From: the human T2T-CHM13v2.0 reference genome, Homo sapiens
Assembly (NCBI RefSeq): GCF_009914755.1
Contig: NC_060940.1
Reading direction: 5' to 3' (one strand)
Length of the DNA: 64,000 nt
Made by a program: the position numbers and the translations under genes. A model generated the notes under the pieces. It did no database searches. It saw nothing but the letters and a program-made list of their open reading frames with translations, and was not told where the DNA came from. This document shows, piece after piece, positions 24,071 to 36,100 of the stretch. Within the stretch, counting starts at the first letter, position 1. Each line of letters starts with the position of its first letter.

Positions 24071-27000
24071 TAATATGTCAATTCTTCCCAACTTGATCTA
24101 TAGACTCAATGTAATCCCAATTCAAATCCCAGCAAGCTATTTTGTAGATATTGGCAAACTGATTCTAAACTTTATTTGGGAAGGCAAAAGACCTAGGTAA
24201 TACTGATGAGTAAGAATCCACCTGGAGGACTCACACTACCCAATTCCAAAACTTACTATAAAGCTAAAGTAATCAAGACAGCGTGGTGTTGCTGAAAGAA
24301 CAGATACATGCATCAGTGGTATATGATAGACGACCCAGAAATAGATCCACAGCAATATACCGAGGTGATCTTTGGCAAAGAAATAAAGACAATTCAATGG
24401 AGACAGGATAGTTTTTCTCAACAAATTGTACTGGAACAAATGGATATCCATTTGAAAAAGGGAAAAAAAAGAACCTAGACACAAACTCTGTACTTTGCAA
24501 ACAAAAATTAACTCAATATGAATCATAGACCTAAATGTAAAATGCAAATTATAAAGCTCCTAGAGGATAGTACAGGAGAAACCCTAGGGAACTTGGGTTT
24601 GCAATGACTTTTTACATAAGACACTAAAAACATGATCCGTGAAATAAAAAATTTTTAAATTGGACATTACAAAGAACATAATTTAAACAAAATAATTTCA
24701 ATAATTTTAAAATGGGCAAAAGATCTGAAGAGACACCTCAACAAAGAAGTTATACAGATGACAAGCATATTGAAATGACATTCACCATCATTTTTCATTA
24801 GGGAACTAAAGCAAGGAAATTAAAGCCAGGAGGTACCACTACACACATTAGACTAGCTAACATCCAAAAACCCAACAACACCAATAGCTGGAGAGGATGC
24901 CGAGTGACAGGAATGCTCATTCACTGCTGGTGGGCATATAAGATGGCACAGCTACTTTGTAAGACAGTTTTGTCTTTTCTTAAAAAGCTAAACTAGTCTT
25001 ACCACATCAACCAGCAACCACCATTCCTACGCATTCACCATAATGATGTGAAATCTTATAGTCACAAAACAAAACCAAAACACAAAAAACTGCAGCTTTA
25101 TTCAAAGCACCAAAAATTGGAAGCAACCATTGTGTCCTTTAATAAGTGAAGGGATAAACAAACTGTGGTACATTCATAATATGCAACATTATTCAGCAAT
25201 AAAAAATGAGTTATGAGGGAATGGAGCAAGATGGCACAATAGAAGGCTCCATGGATTGTACCCTCCCCCCTGCAAGGACATCAAATTAACAACTGTCTAC
25301 ACACAAAAAAAAATACCTTCATAAGAACAAAAAATCAGGTGAGCACTCACAGGACCCGGTTTTAACTTCATATTGCTGAAAGAAGCACCGAAGAGGTAAG
25401 AAAAACAGTCTTGAATCACAAACGCCACCTCTCTCCCCTCCCCCTGAAGCAGTAGTGTGGTATGGAAAGCACGTTTGTGCACTGTGGAAAGGGAGAGTGT
25501 AGCAATTGTGAGGCATTGAACTCACTGTTGTCCTGTTATAGCAGAAAGCAAAAGCATACCAAACTCAGCTGACGTCTACCCAATGACGGAGCATTTAGAC
25601 CAGCCCTAGCCAGAGGGGAATCACTGATATCCCAGTGGTCAGAACTTGAGTTCCTGCAAGTCTTGCCACAATGGGATAAAGTGCTCTGGGGCCCTAGATA
25701 AACCTGAAAGGTGGTCTAGGCCACAAGGGCTAGACCTCCAAGGCCAATCCTAGTCCCGCAATGGGCCCAGAGCCAGTAGACTCAGGGGGCACACAATCCA
25801 CTGAGACACCAGCTGGGGTGGCTAAGGGAGTGCTGGTATCACCGCTCTCCTAACACCAGACTGCACACCTCAAGTATCCAAAAGAGATCCCTCCTTTCCA
25901 CTTGAGGAGAGGAGAGAGAAGAGTAGGGAGGACTTTGTCTTGCATTTTGGATAACAGCTCAGTCACAGCAGGATGGGGCACTGGTCAGAGTCATGAGGCC
26001 CAGTCTGGGCCAGAAGGGAACCTGCTGCCTTCAAGGGAAGGATCCCATCTTGGAAGGATTCATCACCTGCTAACTGAAGAGCCCTGAATAACCAGCAGCA
26101 ATATACAGGTACCACGTTGAGGGCCTTGGGTAAGACTCCGAGACTTGGTGGCTTCAGGTGAGACTCAGCACATTCCCATCTGTGGCGGCTACAGGGAGAG
26201 ATAAATACCTGACTCTTCAATTCCCAGACACAAACATCTACAAGAATCAAGATCATCCAGGAAAACATGACCTCACCAAATAAGGCACCAGGTACTAACC
26301 CTGGAGCAAGGGAGATATGTGACCTTTCAGGCAGAGAATTCAAAGTAGCTGTTCTGAGGAAACTCAGAGAAATTAAAAATAACACAGAGAAGGAATTCAG
26401 ACTTCGATTAGATAAATTTAACACGGAGATTGAAATAATTAAAAAGAATCAAGCAGAAATTGTGTAGCTAAAAAGCGTAACTGGCATAGTGAAGAATGCA
26501 GCAGACTCTGAATAGCAGAATTGAACAAGCGTAAGAAAGAATTAGTGAGCCTGAAGACAGGCTATTTGAAAATATATAGTCAGAGGAAATAAAAGAAAAA
26601 GGAATAAAAAACAGTGAAGCATGCCTACAGGATCTAGAAAATAGCCTCAAAAGGGCAAATCTAAGAGTTACTGGCCTTAAAGAGGAGGTAGGGAAAAAGA
26701 TGGGAGTGGAAAGTTTATTCAAAGGGATAATAACAGAGAACTTCCCAAGCCTAGAGAAAGATATCAATATCCAAGTACAAGAAGGTTACAGAAGACAAAG
26801 CAGATTTAACCCAAATAAGGCTATCTGAAGGCATTCAATAGTCAAACTCCCAAAGCTCAAGGATAAAGAAAAGATTCCAAAAGCAGCAAGAAAAAAGAAA
26901 CAAATAGCACACAATGTAGGAGCTTTAATACATATGGCAGCAAACTTTTCAGTGGAAACCTTACAGGCCAGGAGAGAATGGCATGACATATTTAAAGTGC

Positions 27001-27203
27001 TAAAGGAGAAAAACAAAAAACAAAACAAAACAAAACAAAAAAACTTTTACCCTAGTATAGTATATCTGGTGAAAATCTCCTTCAAACATGAAGGGGGAAT
27101 AAAGACTTTCCCATACAAACAAAAGCTGAGAAATTTTATCAACACCAGATCTCTCCCACAAGAAATGCCTAAAGGAAGCACTTCAATCAGAAAGAAAAGG
27201 ATG

Positions 27204-27600
27204 TTAAGAAAATGTGGCACATATACACCGTGGAATACTAAGCAGCCATAAAAAATGAAGAGTTCATGTCCTTCGTAGGGACATGCATGAAACTGGAAAC
27301 CATCATTCTCAGCAAACTACCGCAAGGACAAAAAACCAAACACTGCGTGTTCTCACTCATAGGAGGTAATTGAACAATGAGAACACATGGACACAGGAAG
27401 GGGAACATCACACTCTGGGGACTGTTGTGGGGTGGGGGGAGGGGGGAGGGATAGCATTAGGAGATATACCTAACGCTAAATGACGAGTTAACGGGTGCAG
27501 CACACCAACATGGCACATGTATACATATGTAACAAACCTGCACATTGTGCACATGTACCCTAAAACTTAAAGTATAATAATAAAAAAATAAAAAAAAAAA
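27204..27600 (+). mobile_element. Short L1PA 3' end inserted near the end of L1MA ORF1
   Basis: aagaaaatgtggcacatatacacc ... gtaccctaaaacttaaagtataataat plus poly(A). Confidence 0.9.
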
Positions 27601-27841
27601 GAAAGAAATCATCTGAAGGCATAAAACCCAGTGGTAATAGCAAGTTCACAGAAAAAAACGGAATACTATAACATTGTAACTGTGGGATGTAAACTACTCT
27701 TATTAAATAGAAAGGATAAACAATGAGCAGGTCAAAAATAATAACTACAACAACTCTTCAAGACATAGTACAATAAGATATAAATAGAAACAGAAGTTGA
27801 AAAGCAGGGGGATGAAGTTAAGGTATAAAATATTTATTAGT

Positions 27842-28130
27842 CGCCGGGTGTGGTGGCTCACGCCTGTAATCCCAGCACTTTGGGAGGCCGAGGTGGGTGC
27901 TTCACTTGAGGTCAGGAGTTCGTGACCAGACTGGCCAAAGTGATGAAACCCCATCTCTACTAAAAATGCAAAAATTAGCTGGGCATGGTGGCATGCCCCT
28001 GTAATCCCAGCTACTTGGGAGGCTGAGTTGAGAGAATGGCTTGAACCAGGAGGCGGAAGTTGCAGTGAGCCAAGATCTCGCCACTGCAGTCTAGCCTGGG
28101 TTAACGGAGCGAGACTCCATCTAAAAAAAA
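27842..28130 (+). mobile_element. AluS
   Basis: Full dimer; TSD atatttattagt. Confidence 0.93.
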
Positions 28131-28229
28131 TTATATATTTATTAGTTTGTTATTGTTTGTTTCTTTATGCAAATAGTGTTGTTATAAGCTTAAAATGATG
28201 AGATATAAGATATTATTTGCAAACCTCAT

Positions 28230-31200
28230 TGAATTAGTCCGTTTTCACGCTGCTGACAAAGACATCGGGTAGACTGGGAAGAAAAAGAGGTTTAATTGGA
28301 CTTACAGTTCCACGTGGCTGGGGAGGCCTCAGAATCATGGAGGGAGGTGAAAGGCACTTCTTACATAGCAGTGGCAAGAGGAAATAAGGAAGATGCAAAA
28401 GTGGAAACCCTTGATAAAACCATCAGATCTCATGAGACTTATTCACTACTATGAGAACAGTATAGGGAAAATTGCCCCCATGATTCAAATTATCTCCCAC
28501 TGGGTCCCTCCCACAATTATGGGAATTATGGGAGTACAATTCAAGATGAGATTTGAGTGGGGACACACAGTCAAACCATATTATTCCACCCCCAGCCCCT
28601 CCAAATCTCAAGTCCTCATATTTCAAAAGCAATCATGGCTTCTGAACAGGCCCCCAAAGTTTTAACTCATTTCAGCATTAACCCAAAAGTCCACAGTGCA
28701 AAGTCTCATCTGAGACAAAGTAAGTCCCTTCTGCCTATAAGCCTGTAAAATCAAAAGCAAGCTAGTTACTTCCTAGACACAAGGGGGGTACAGGTATTGG
28801 GTAAATACAGCTATTCCAAATGGGAGAAATTGGCCAAAACAAAGGGGTTACAGGGCCCAGGCAATTCCAAAATCCAGCAGGGCAGTCAAATTTTAAAGCT
28901 CCAAAATGATCTCCTTTGACTCCAGGTCTCACATCCAGGTCACGCTGATTCAAAAGGTGAGTGCCCGTGGTCTTGGGCAGCTCCACCCCTGTGGCTTTGC
29001 AGGGTTCAGCCTCTCTCCTGGCTGCTTTCATGGGTTGGCATTGAGTGTCTGCAACTTTTCCAGGTGCCCAGCACAAGCTGTCAGTGGATTTACCATTCTG
29101 GGGTCTGGAGGACGGTGGCCCTTTTCTCACAGCTCCACTAGGCGGTGCCTCCACAGGGACTCTGTGTGGGGGCGGTGAGCCCATATTTCCCTTCTGCACG
29201 CCTTAGCAGAGGTTCTCCAAGAGAGCCCTGCCCCTGCAGCAAACCTGCGTGGGTATCCACGCATTTCCATACATCTTCTGAAATCTAGGTGGAGGTTCTA
29301 AACTCCAGTTCTTGACTTCTGGGCACTCATAGGCTCAACACCACATGGAAGATGCCAAAGCTTGGGGCTTGCACCCTCTGAAGCCATGGCCCAAGCTGTA
29401 TGTTGGCCCCTTTCAGCCATGGCTGGAGCAGCTGGGACACAGGGCACCAAGTCCCTAGGCTGCACACAGCAACAGGACCCTGGGCCCAGCCTACAAAACC
29501 ATTTTCCCCTAGGCCTCCAGGCCTGTGATGGGAGGGTCTGCTGTGAAGACCTCTGGCAAACCCCGCAGACATCTTCCCCACTGTCTTGGGGATTAACATT
29601 CAGCTCCTCATTACTTATGCAAATGTCTGAAGTTGGCTTGAATTTCTCCTAAAACAAAAAAATGGGTTTTCTTGTCTATCACATTGTCAGGCTACAAATT
29701 TTCCAAACTTTTATGCTCTGTTTCCCTTTTAAAACTGAATGCTTTTAACAGCACCCAAGTCACCTCTTGGATGCTTTGCTGCTTAGAAATTTCTTTCACG
29801 AGACACACTAAATCATCTCTCTCAAGTTCAAAGTTCCACAAATCTCTAAGGCAGGGGCAAAATGCCACCAGTTGCTTTGCTAAAACATAACAAGTGCCAC
29901 CTTTGCTCCAGTTCCCAACAAATTCCTCATCTCCATCTGAGACCATCTAAGCCTGGACCTTATTGTCCATATCACTTATCAGGCTTTTGGTCAAAGACAT
30001 TCAACAACTCTCTAGGAAGTTCCAAACTTTCCCACATTTTCCTGTCTTCTTCTGAGCCTTCCAAACTGTTCCAATCTCTGCCTGTTACCCAGTTCCAAAG
30101 TCACTTCCACATTTTTGGGTACCTTTTCAGCAACATCCCACTCTACTTGTACCAATTTCATGCTGCTGATAAAGACACTGGGTAGACTGGGGAACAAAAG
30201 AGGTTTAATTGGACTTAACAGTTCCACATAGCTGTGGAGGCCTCAGAATCATGGCAGCATGCGAAAGGCACATCTCACATGGCAGTGGCAAGAGAAAATG
30301 AGGAAGATGCAAAGGCGGAAACCCCTGATAAAACCATCAGATCTCGTGATACTTATTCACTACCATGAGAACAGTATGGGGGAAACTGCCCCCATGATTC
30401 AAATTATGACTTCAAACTATACTACAAGTCTATAGTAACCAAAACAGCATGGTACTGGTACCAAAACAGAGATAGAGACCAATGGAACAGAACAGAGCCC
30501 TCAGAAATAATTCCACACATCTACAACCATCTGATCTTTGACAAACCTGACAAAAACAAGAAATGGGGAAAGGATTCCCCATTTAATAAATGGTGCTGCG
30601 AAAACTGGCTAGCCATATGTAGAAAGCTGAAACTGGATCCCTTCCTTACACCTTATACAAAAATTAATTCAAGATGGATTAAAGACTTAAACGTTAGACC
30701 TAAAACCATAAAAACCCTAGAAGAAAACCTAGGCAATACCATTCAGGACATAGGCATGGACAGGGACTTCATGTCTAAAACACCAAAAGCAATGGCAACA
30801 AAAGCCAAAATTGACAAATGGGATCTAATTAAACTAAGAAGCTTCTGCACAGCAAAAGAAACTACCATCAGAGTGAACAGGCCACCTACAGAATGGGAGA
30901 ACATTTTTGCAATCTACTCATCTGACAAAGGGCTAATATCCAGAATCTACAAAGAACTCAAACAAATTTACAAGAAAAAACAACCCCATCAACAAGTGGG
31001 CGAAGGATATGAACACACACTTCTCAAAAGAAGACATTTATGCAGCCAAAAGACATATGAAAAAATGCTTATCATCACTGGCCATCAGAGAAATGCAAAT
31101 CAAAACCACAATGAGATACCATCTCATGCCAGTTAGAATGGCAATCATTAAAAAGTCAGGAAACAACAGGTTCTGGAGAGGATGTGGAGAAATAGGAACA

Positions 31201-31935
31201 CTTTTACACTGTTGGTGGTACTGTAAACTAGTTCAACCATTGTGGAAGACAGTGTGGCGATTCCTCAAGGATCCAGAACTAAAAATACCATTTGACCCAG
31301 CAATCCCATTACTGGGTATATATCCAAAGGATTATAAATCATGCTGCTATAAAGACACATGCACACGTATGTTTACTGTGGCACCATTCACAATAGCAAA
31401 GACTTGGAACCAACCCAAATGTCCATCAATGATAGACTGGATTAAGAAAATGTGGCACATATACACCATGGACTACTATGCAGCCATAAAAAAGGATGAG
31501 TTCATGTCCTTTGTAGGGACATGGATGAAGCTGGAAACCATCATTCTCAGCAAACTATCTCAAGGACAGAAAACCAAACACCGCATGTTCTCACTCATAG
31601 GTGGGAATTGAACAATGAGAACACTTGGACACAGGAAGGGGAACATCACACACCGGGGCCTGTCATGGGGTGGGGGGAGGGGGGAGGGGGGAGGGATGGC
31701 ATTAGGAGATATACCTAATGTAAATGATGAGTTAATAGGTGCAGCACACCAACATGGCGCATGTATACATATGTAACAAACCTGCACGTTGTGTACATGT
31801 ACCCTAGAACTTAAAGTATAATTAAAAAAAAACAAAAAAATTATCTTCCACTGGGTCCCTCCCACAATATGTGGGAATTATGGGAATACAATTCAAGATG
31901 AGATTTGGATGGGGACAGAGAGCCAAACTATATCA
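28230..31935 (-). mobile_element. THE1 (THE1C-like) MaLR provirus: 3' LTR 28230-28583, internal region ~28584-30156, 5' LTR ~30157-31935 split by an L1PA
   Basis: Two similar LTRs (gctgctga.aaagac...ccatcagatctc.tga...), THE1-internal sequence between them, imperfect 5-bp TSD ctcat / ctcaa. Confidence 0.9.
30408..31837 (+). mobile_element. 5'-truncated L1PA inserted in the THE1 5' LTR
   Basis: ORF2 C-terminus (ORF 31009-31611), G-rich 3'UTR, poly(A); TSD aaattat at 30401-30407 and 31838-31844. Confidence 0.92.
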
Positions 31936-32189
31936 CTCAAGCCAAAAAATATATAATGAATACAAAAAAAATAACAAACAATAAACTAAATCATAACCAG
32001 ACAAAAATCACCTTCACTAAAAGGAAGACAGGAATGAAAGAAAGAAGGAAAAGAAGTGCACAGAATTCCCAGAAAACAAATAACAAAATGGCAGGAGAAA
32101 GTCTTTACTTATAAATAATAACATTGAATGTGAATGTACTAAACTCTTCAATCAAAAGACAGAGTGGCTGAATTAAAAAACAAGACCCA

Positions 32190-32506
32190 GGTCGGGCGTG
32201 GTGGCTCACACCTGTAATCCCAGCACTTTGGGAGGCCAAGGAAGGCAGATCACGAGGTCAGGTGATCAAGACCATCTTGGCTAACATGGTGAAACCCTAT
32301 CTCTACTACAAATACAAAAATCAGCTGGGCAGAGTGGCGTATGCCTGTAATCCCAGCTACTCAGGAGGCTGAGGCAGGAGAATTGCTTGAATCAGGGAGT
32401 CAGAGGTTGCAGTGAGCCAAGATTGCGCCACTGCACTCCAGCCTGGAGACAGAGCGAGACTCTGTCTCAAAACAAACAAACAAAACAAAACAAAACAAAA
32501 CAAACA
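32190..32506 (+). mobile_element. AluSc-like element with (CAAAA)n tail
   Basis: gatcacgaggtcagg.gatcaagaccatc; TSD aaaaaacaagaccca. Confidence 0.92.
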
Positions 32507-32712
32507 AAAAAACAAGACCCAATGATCTGCTGCCTGTAAGAAACACACTTCGCCTTTAAAGACAAATAGACTGAAAAAAAAAAAAGGATGGAAAAAGATA
32601 TTCCTTGCCAATGAATACCAAAAAAGAGCACCAGTAGCTATACTGATGTCAGATAAAATATACTTCATCACAAAAACTATAAGATAAAGAGGGTCATTAT
32701 ATAATGATAAAT

Positions 32713-33148
32713 ACACAAAAATCAATAGCATTTCTATATGCCAACAGTAAACAATCTGAAAAAGAAATTAAAAAGTTATCCCATTTACAATAGCCACAAA
32801 TAAAATTAAATACCTAGGAATTAACTTAACCAAAGAAGTGAAATATCTCTACAATAAAAACTATAAAATACTGATGAAAGAAATTGAAGAGGATGCCAAA
32901 AACTGGAAAGATATTCCATGTTCATGGATTTAAGGAATCAATATTGTTAAAATGGCCAAACTACCCAAAGTAATCTACAGATTCAATGTAATCCCTCTCA
33001 AAATACCAATAATATTCTTCACAGAAATAGAAAAAAACTAAATTTATATGGAACTGTGAAAGACCCAGAATAGCCAAAGCTATCCTAAGCAAAAAGAACA
33101 AAACTGCAGGAATCACATTACCTGACTTCAAATTACATTACAGAGCTA
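32713..33148 (+). repeat. Non-tandem direct copy of 34990-35410 (L1MA ORF2 segment) inserted into the endonuclease region of the same element
   Basis: About 15 substitutions plus one ~15-bp indel by manual comparison; first ~110 bp identical. Confidence 0.93.
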
Positions 33149-36100
33149 TCTTTATATCTTCAGCAAGAAGATATAAAATTTTAAATATATATATGCACCC
33201 AACACTGGATCACCCAGATATATAAAGCAAATATTATTAGAGCTAAAGAGACAGACCCCAGGAAAATAAGAGCTGTAGACTTGAAGACTCCACTTTCAGT
33301 ATTGGACAGATCTTCCAGACAGAAAATCAACAAAGAAATATTGGACTTCATCTGCACTATAGGCCAAATGGACTTAATATTTACAAAACATTTAATCCAA
33401 TGGCTGCAGCATTCTCTTCTGTAGCACATGGATCATTCTCTAGGACAGGCTACATTTTAATTCACAAAACAAGTCTTAAAACATTAATAAATGGAAATAT
33501 CAAGCATCTTCTTCTCTAACCACAATAGAATAAAAGTAGAAATCAATAACAGGAATTTTAGAAACTATACAAATACATGGAAATTAAACAATATGCTACT
33601 GAATGAAGGAATTAAGATGGAAATTGAAAAAATTCTTGAAACAAATGATAGTGGAAACAAAATATACCAAAACCTATGGGATACAGCTAAAGCAGTATTA
33701 AGAGGGAATTTTATAGCTTTAAGTGCCTATACCAAAAAAGAAGAAAAACTTCAAATAAACAACCTAACAATGCATCTTAAAGAACAAGAAAGCAAGAGCA
33801 AACCAAACCCAAAATTAGTAGATGAAAAAAATAATAAAGATCAGAGTGGAAATAGATAAAATTGAAAAGAAGAAAATACAAAAGATGAATGAATCAAAAA
33901 GTTGTTTTTTTGAAAAGCTAAACAAAATTGACAAACATTTAGCCAGACTAAGAAAAACAGAGAGAAGACCCAAATTAATAACAGAGATGAAAATGGAGAC
34001 CTTTTAACTGATACTGCAGAAATTCAAAGGATCATCAGTGGCTACTATGAGCAATTATATGCAATAAAGTGGAAAAGCTAGAGGACACAGACAAATTCCT
34101 AGACACATACAACCTACTAAGACTGAACCACGAAGAAATCCAAAACCTGAACAGATCAATAACAAGTAGCGATATCACGGCCATAATAAAAAGTCTCCCA
34201 GTAAAGAAAAGTCCGGGACCCAATGTCTTCACTGTTGAATTCTACCAAACATTTGAAGAACTAATACCAATCCTACTCAAACTATTCTAAAAAATAGAGA
34301 AGGAGGAAATACTTCCAAACTCATTCTACAAGGCCAGTATTACTCTGATACCAAAATCAGAAAGAAAAAAAATAAAAAAAAAAAAGAAAACTACTGGCCA
34401 GCATCTCTCACGAGCACTGATGCAAAAATCCTCAACAAAATACTAGCAAACTGAATTCAACAATATGTCAAAAAAATCATGACCAAGTGGGATTTATCCC
34501 TGGGATACAAGCATGGTTCAACATACACAAATCAGTCAATGCAATACATCATATCAACAGAATGATGGACAAAAACCATATGATTATTTCAATTGGTGCT
34601 GAGAACACATTTGATATAATTCAACATCCCTTCATGATAAAACCCTAAAAAACTGGTATAGAAGGAATATACCTCAACATAACAAAAGCTACATATAACA
34701 GAACAGCTAGTATCCTGCTGAATGGGGAAAAACTGAAAGCCTTTCCTCTAAGATCCAGAGCACAACAAGGATATCCACTTTCACTACCATTATTCAACAT
34801 AGTACTGAAAGTTCTAGCTAGAGTAATTAGACAAATGAAAGAAATAAAGGGCTTCCAAAGTGGAAAGAAAGAAAGCAAATTATTCTTGTTTGCAGATGAT
34901 ATGATGTTATATTGGGAAAACTAAGGACTCCACACCAAACAACTATTAGAACCAATAAATTCAGTAAAGTTGCAAGATACAAGACCAACACACAAAAATC
35001 AATAGCATTTCTATATGCCAACAGTAAACAATCTGAAAAAGAAATTAAAAAGTTATCCCATTTACAATAGCCACAAATAAAATTAAATACCTAGGAATTA
35101 AGTTAACCAAAGATGTGAAAGATCTCTACAATAAAAACTATAAAACACTGACGAAAGAAATTGAAGAGGACACCAAAAACTATTCATGGATTTAAAGAAT
35201 CAATATTGTTAAAATGGCCATACTACCCAAAGTAATCTACAGATTCAATGTAATCCCTCTCAAAATACCAATAATATTCTTCACAGAAATAGAAAAATAC
35301 AAAATTTATATGGAACTGTGAAAGACCCAGAATAGCCAATGCTATCCTAAGCAAAAAGAACAAAATTGCAGGAATCACATTACCTGACTTCAAATTACAC
35401 TAAAGAGCTACAGTAACCAAAACAGCACGGTACTGGCATAAAAACAGATACAGAGATGAATAGAACAGAATAGAGAACCCAGAAACAAATCCACACACCT
35501 ACAGTGAACCCATTTTAGACAAAGGTGTCAAGAACATACACTGGGGAAAGATAGCTTCTTCAATAAATGGTGCTAGAAAAACTGAATATCCATATTCAGA
35601 AGAATGAAACTAGACCCCTATCCTATCTCCTGCCATATATAAAAATCAAATCAAAATTGAAAAGACTTAAATCTGAGACCTCAAACTATGAACCTACTAC
35701 AAGAAAACATTGGGGAAAATCTCCAGGACATTGGTCTACGCAAAAATTTCCTGAGCAATACCCTACAAGCACAGGCAACCAAAGCAAAAATGGACAAATG
35801 GGATCACAGTAAGTTAAAAAGCTTCCACACAGCAAAGGAAACAATCAACAAAGTGAAGAGACAAGCCACAGAATGGGAGAAAACGTGTACAAACTATCCA
35901 TCTGACAAGGGATTAATAACCAGCATATATAAGGAGCTCAAACAACTCTACTGGAAAAAAATCTAATCCAATTAAAAAACTGGCAAAAGATTTAGATATT
36001 TCTCAAAAGAGGACATACAAATGGCAAACAGGGATATGAAAAGGTGCTCAACATCACTGATCATCAAAGAAATGCAAATCAAAACTACAATGAGATATCA

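Noticed and set aside
28762-29946. Several ORFs in the THE1 internal region as retroviral genes
   Set aside because: Short, fragmented MaLR internal sequence with no recognisable pol or env motifs.
31009-31611. 200-aa ORF, the longest in the window
   Set aside because: It is the C-terminal end of L1 ORF2 in a 5'-truncated, promoterless L1PA, not a gene.
31666-31700. G-quadruplex-capable G-runs (also 27428-27450)
   Set aside because: Standard G-rich tract of L1PA 3'UTRs; not locus-specific.
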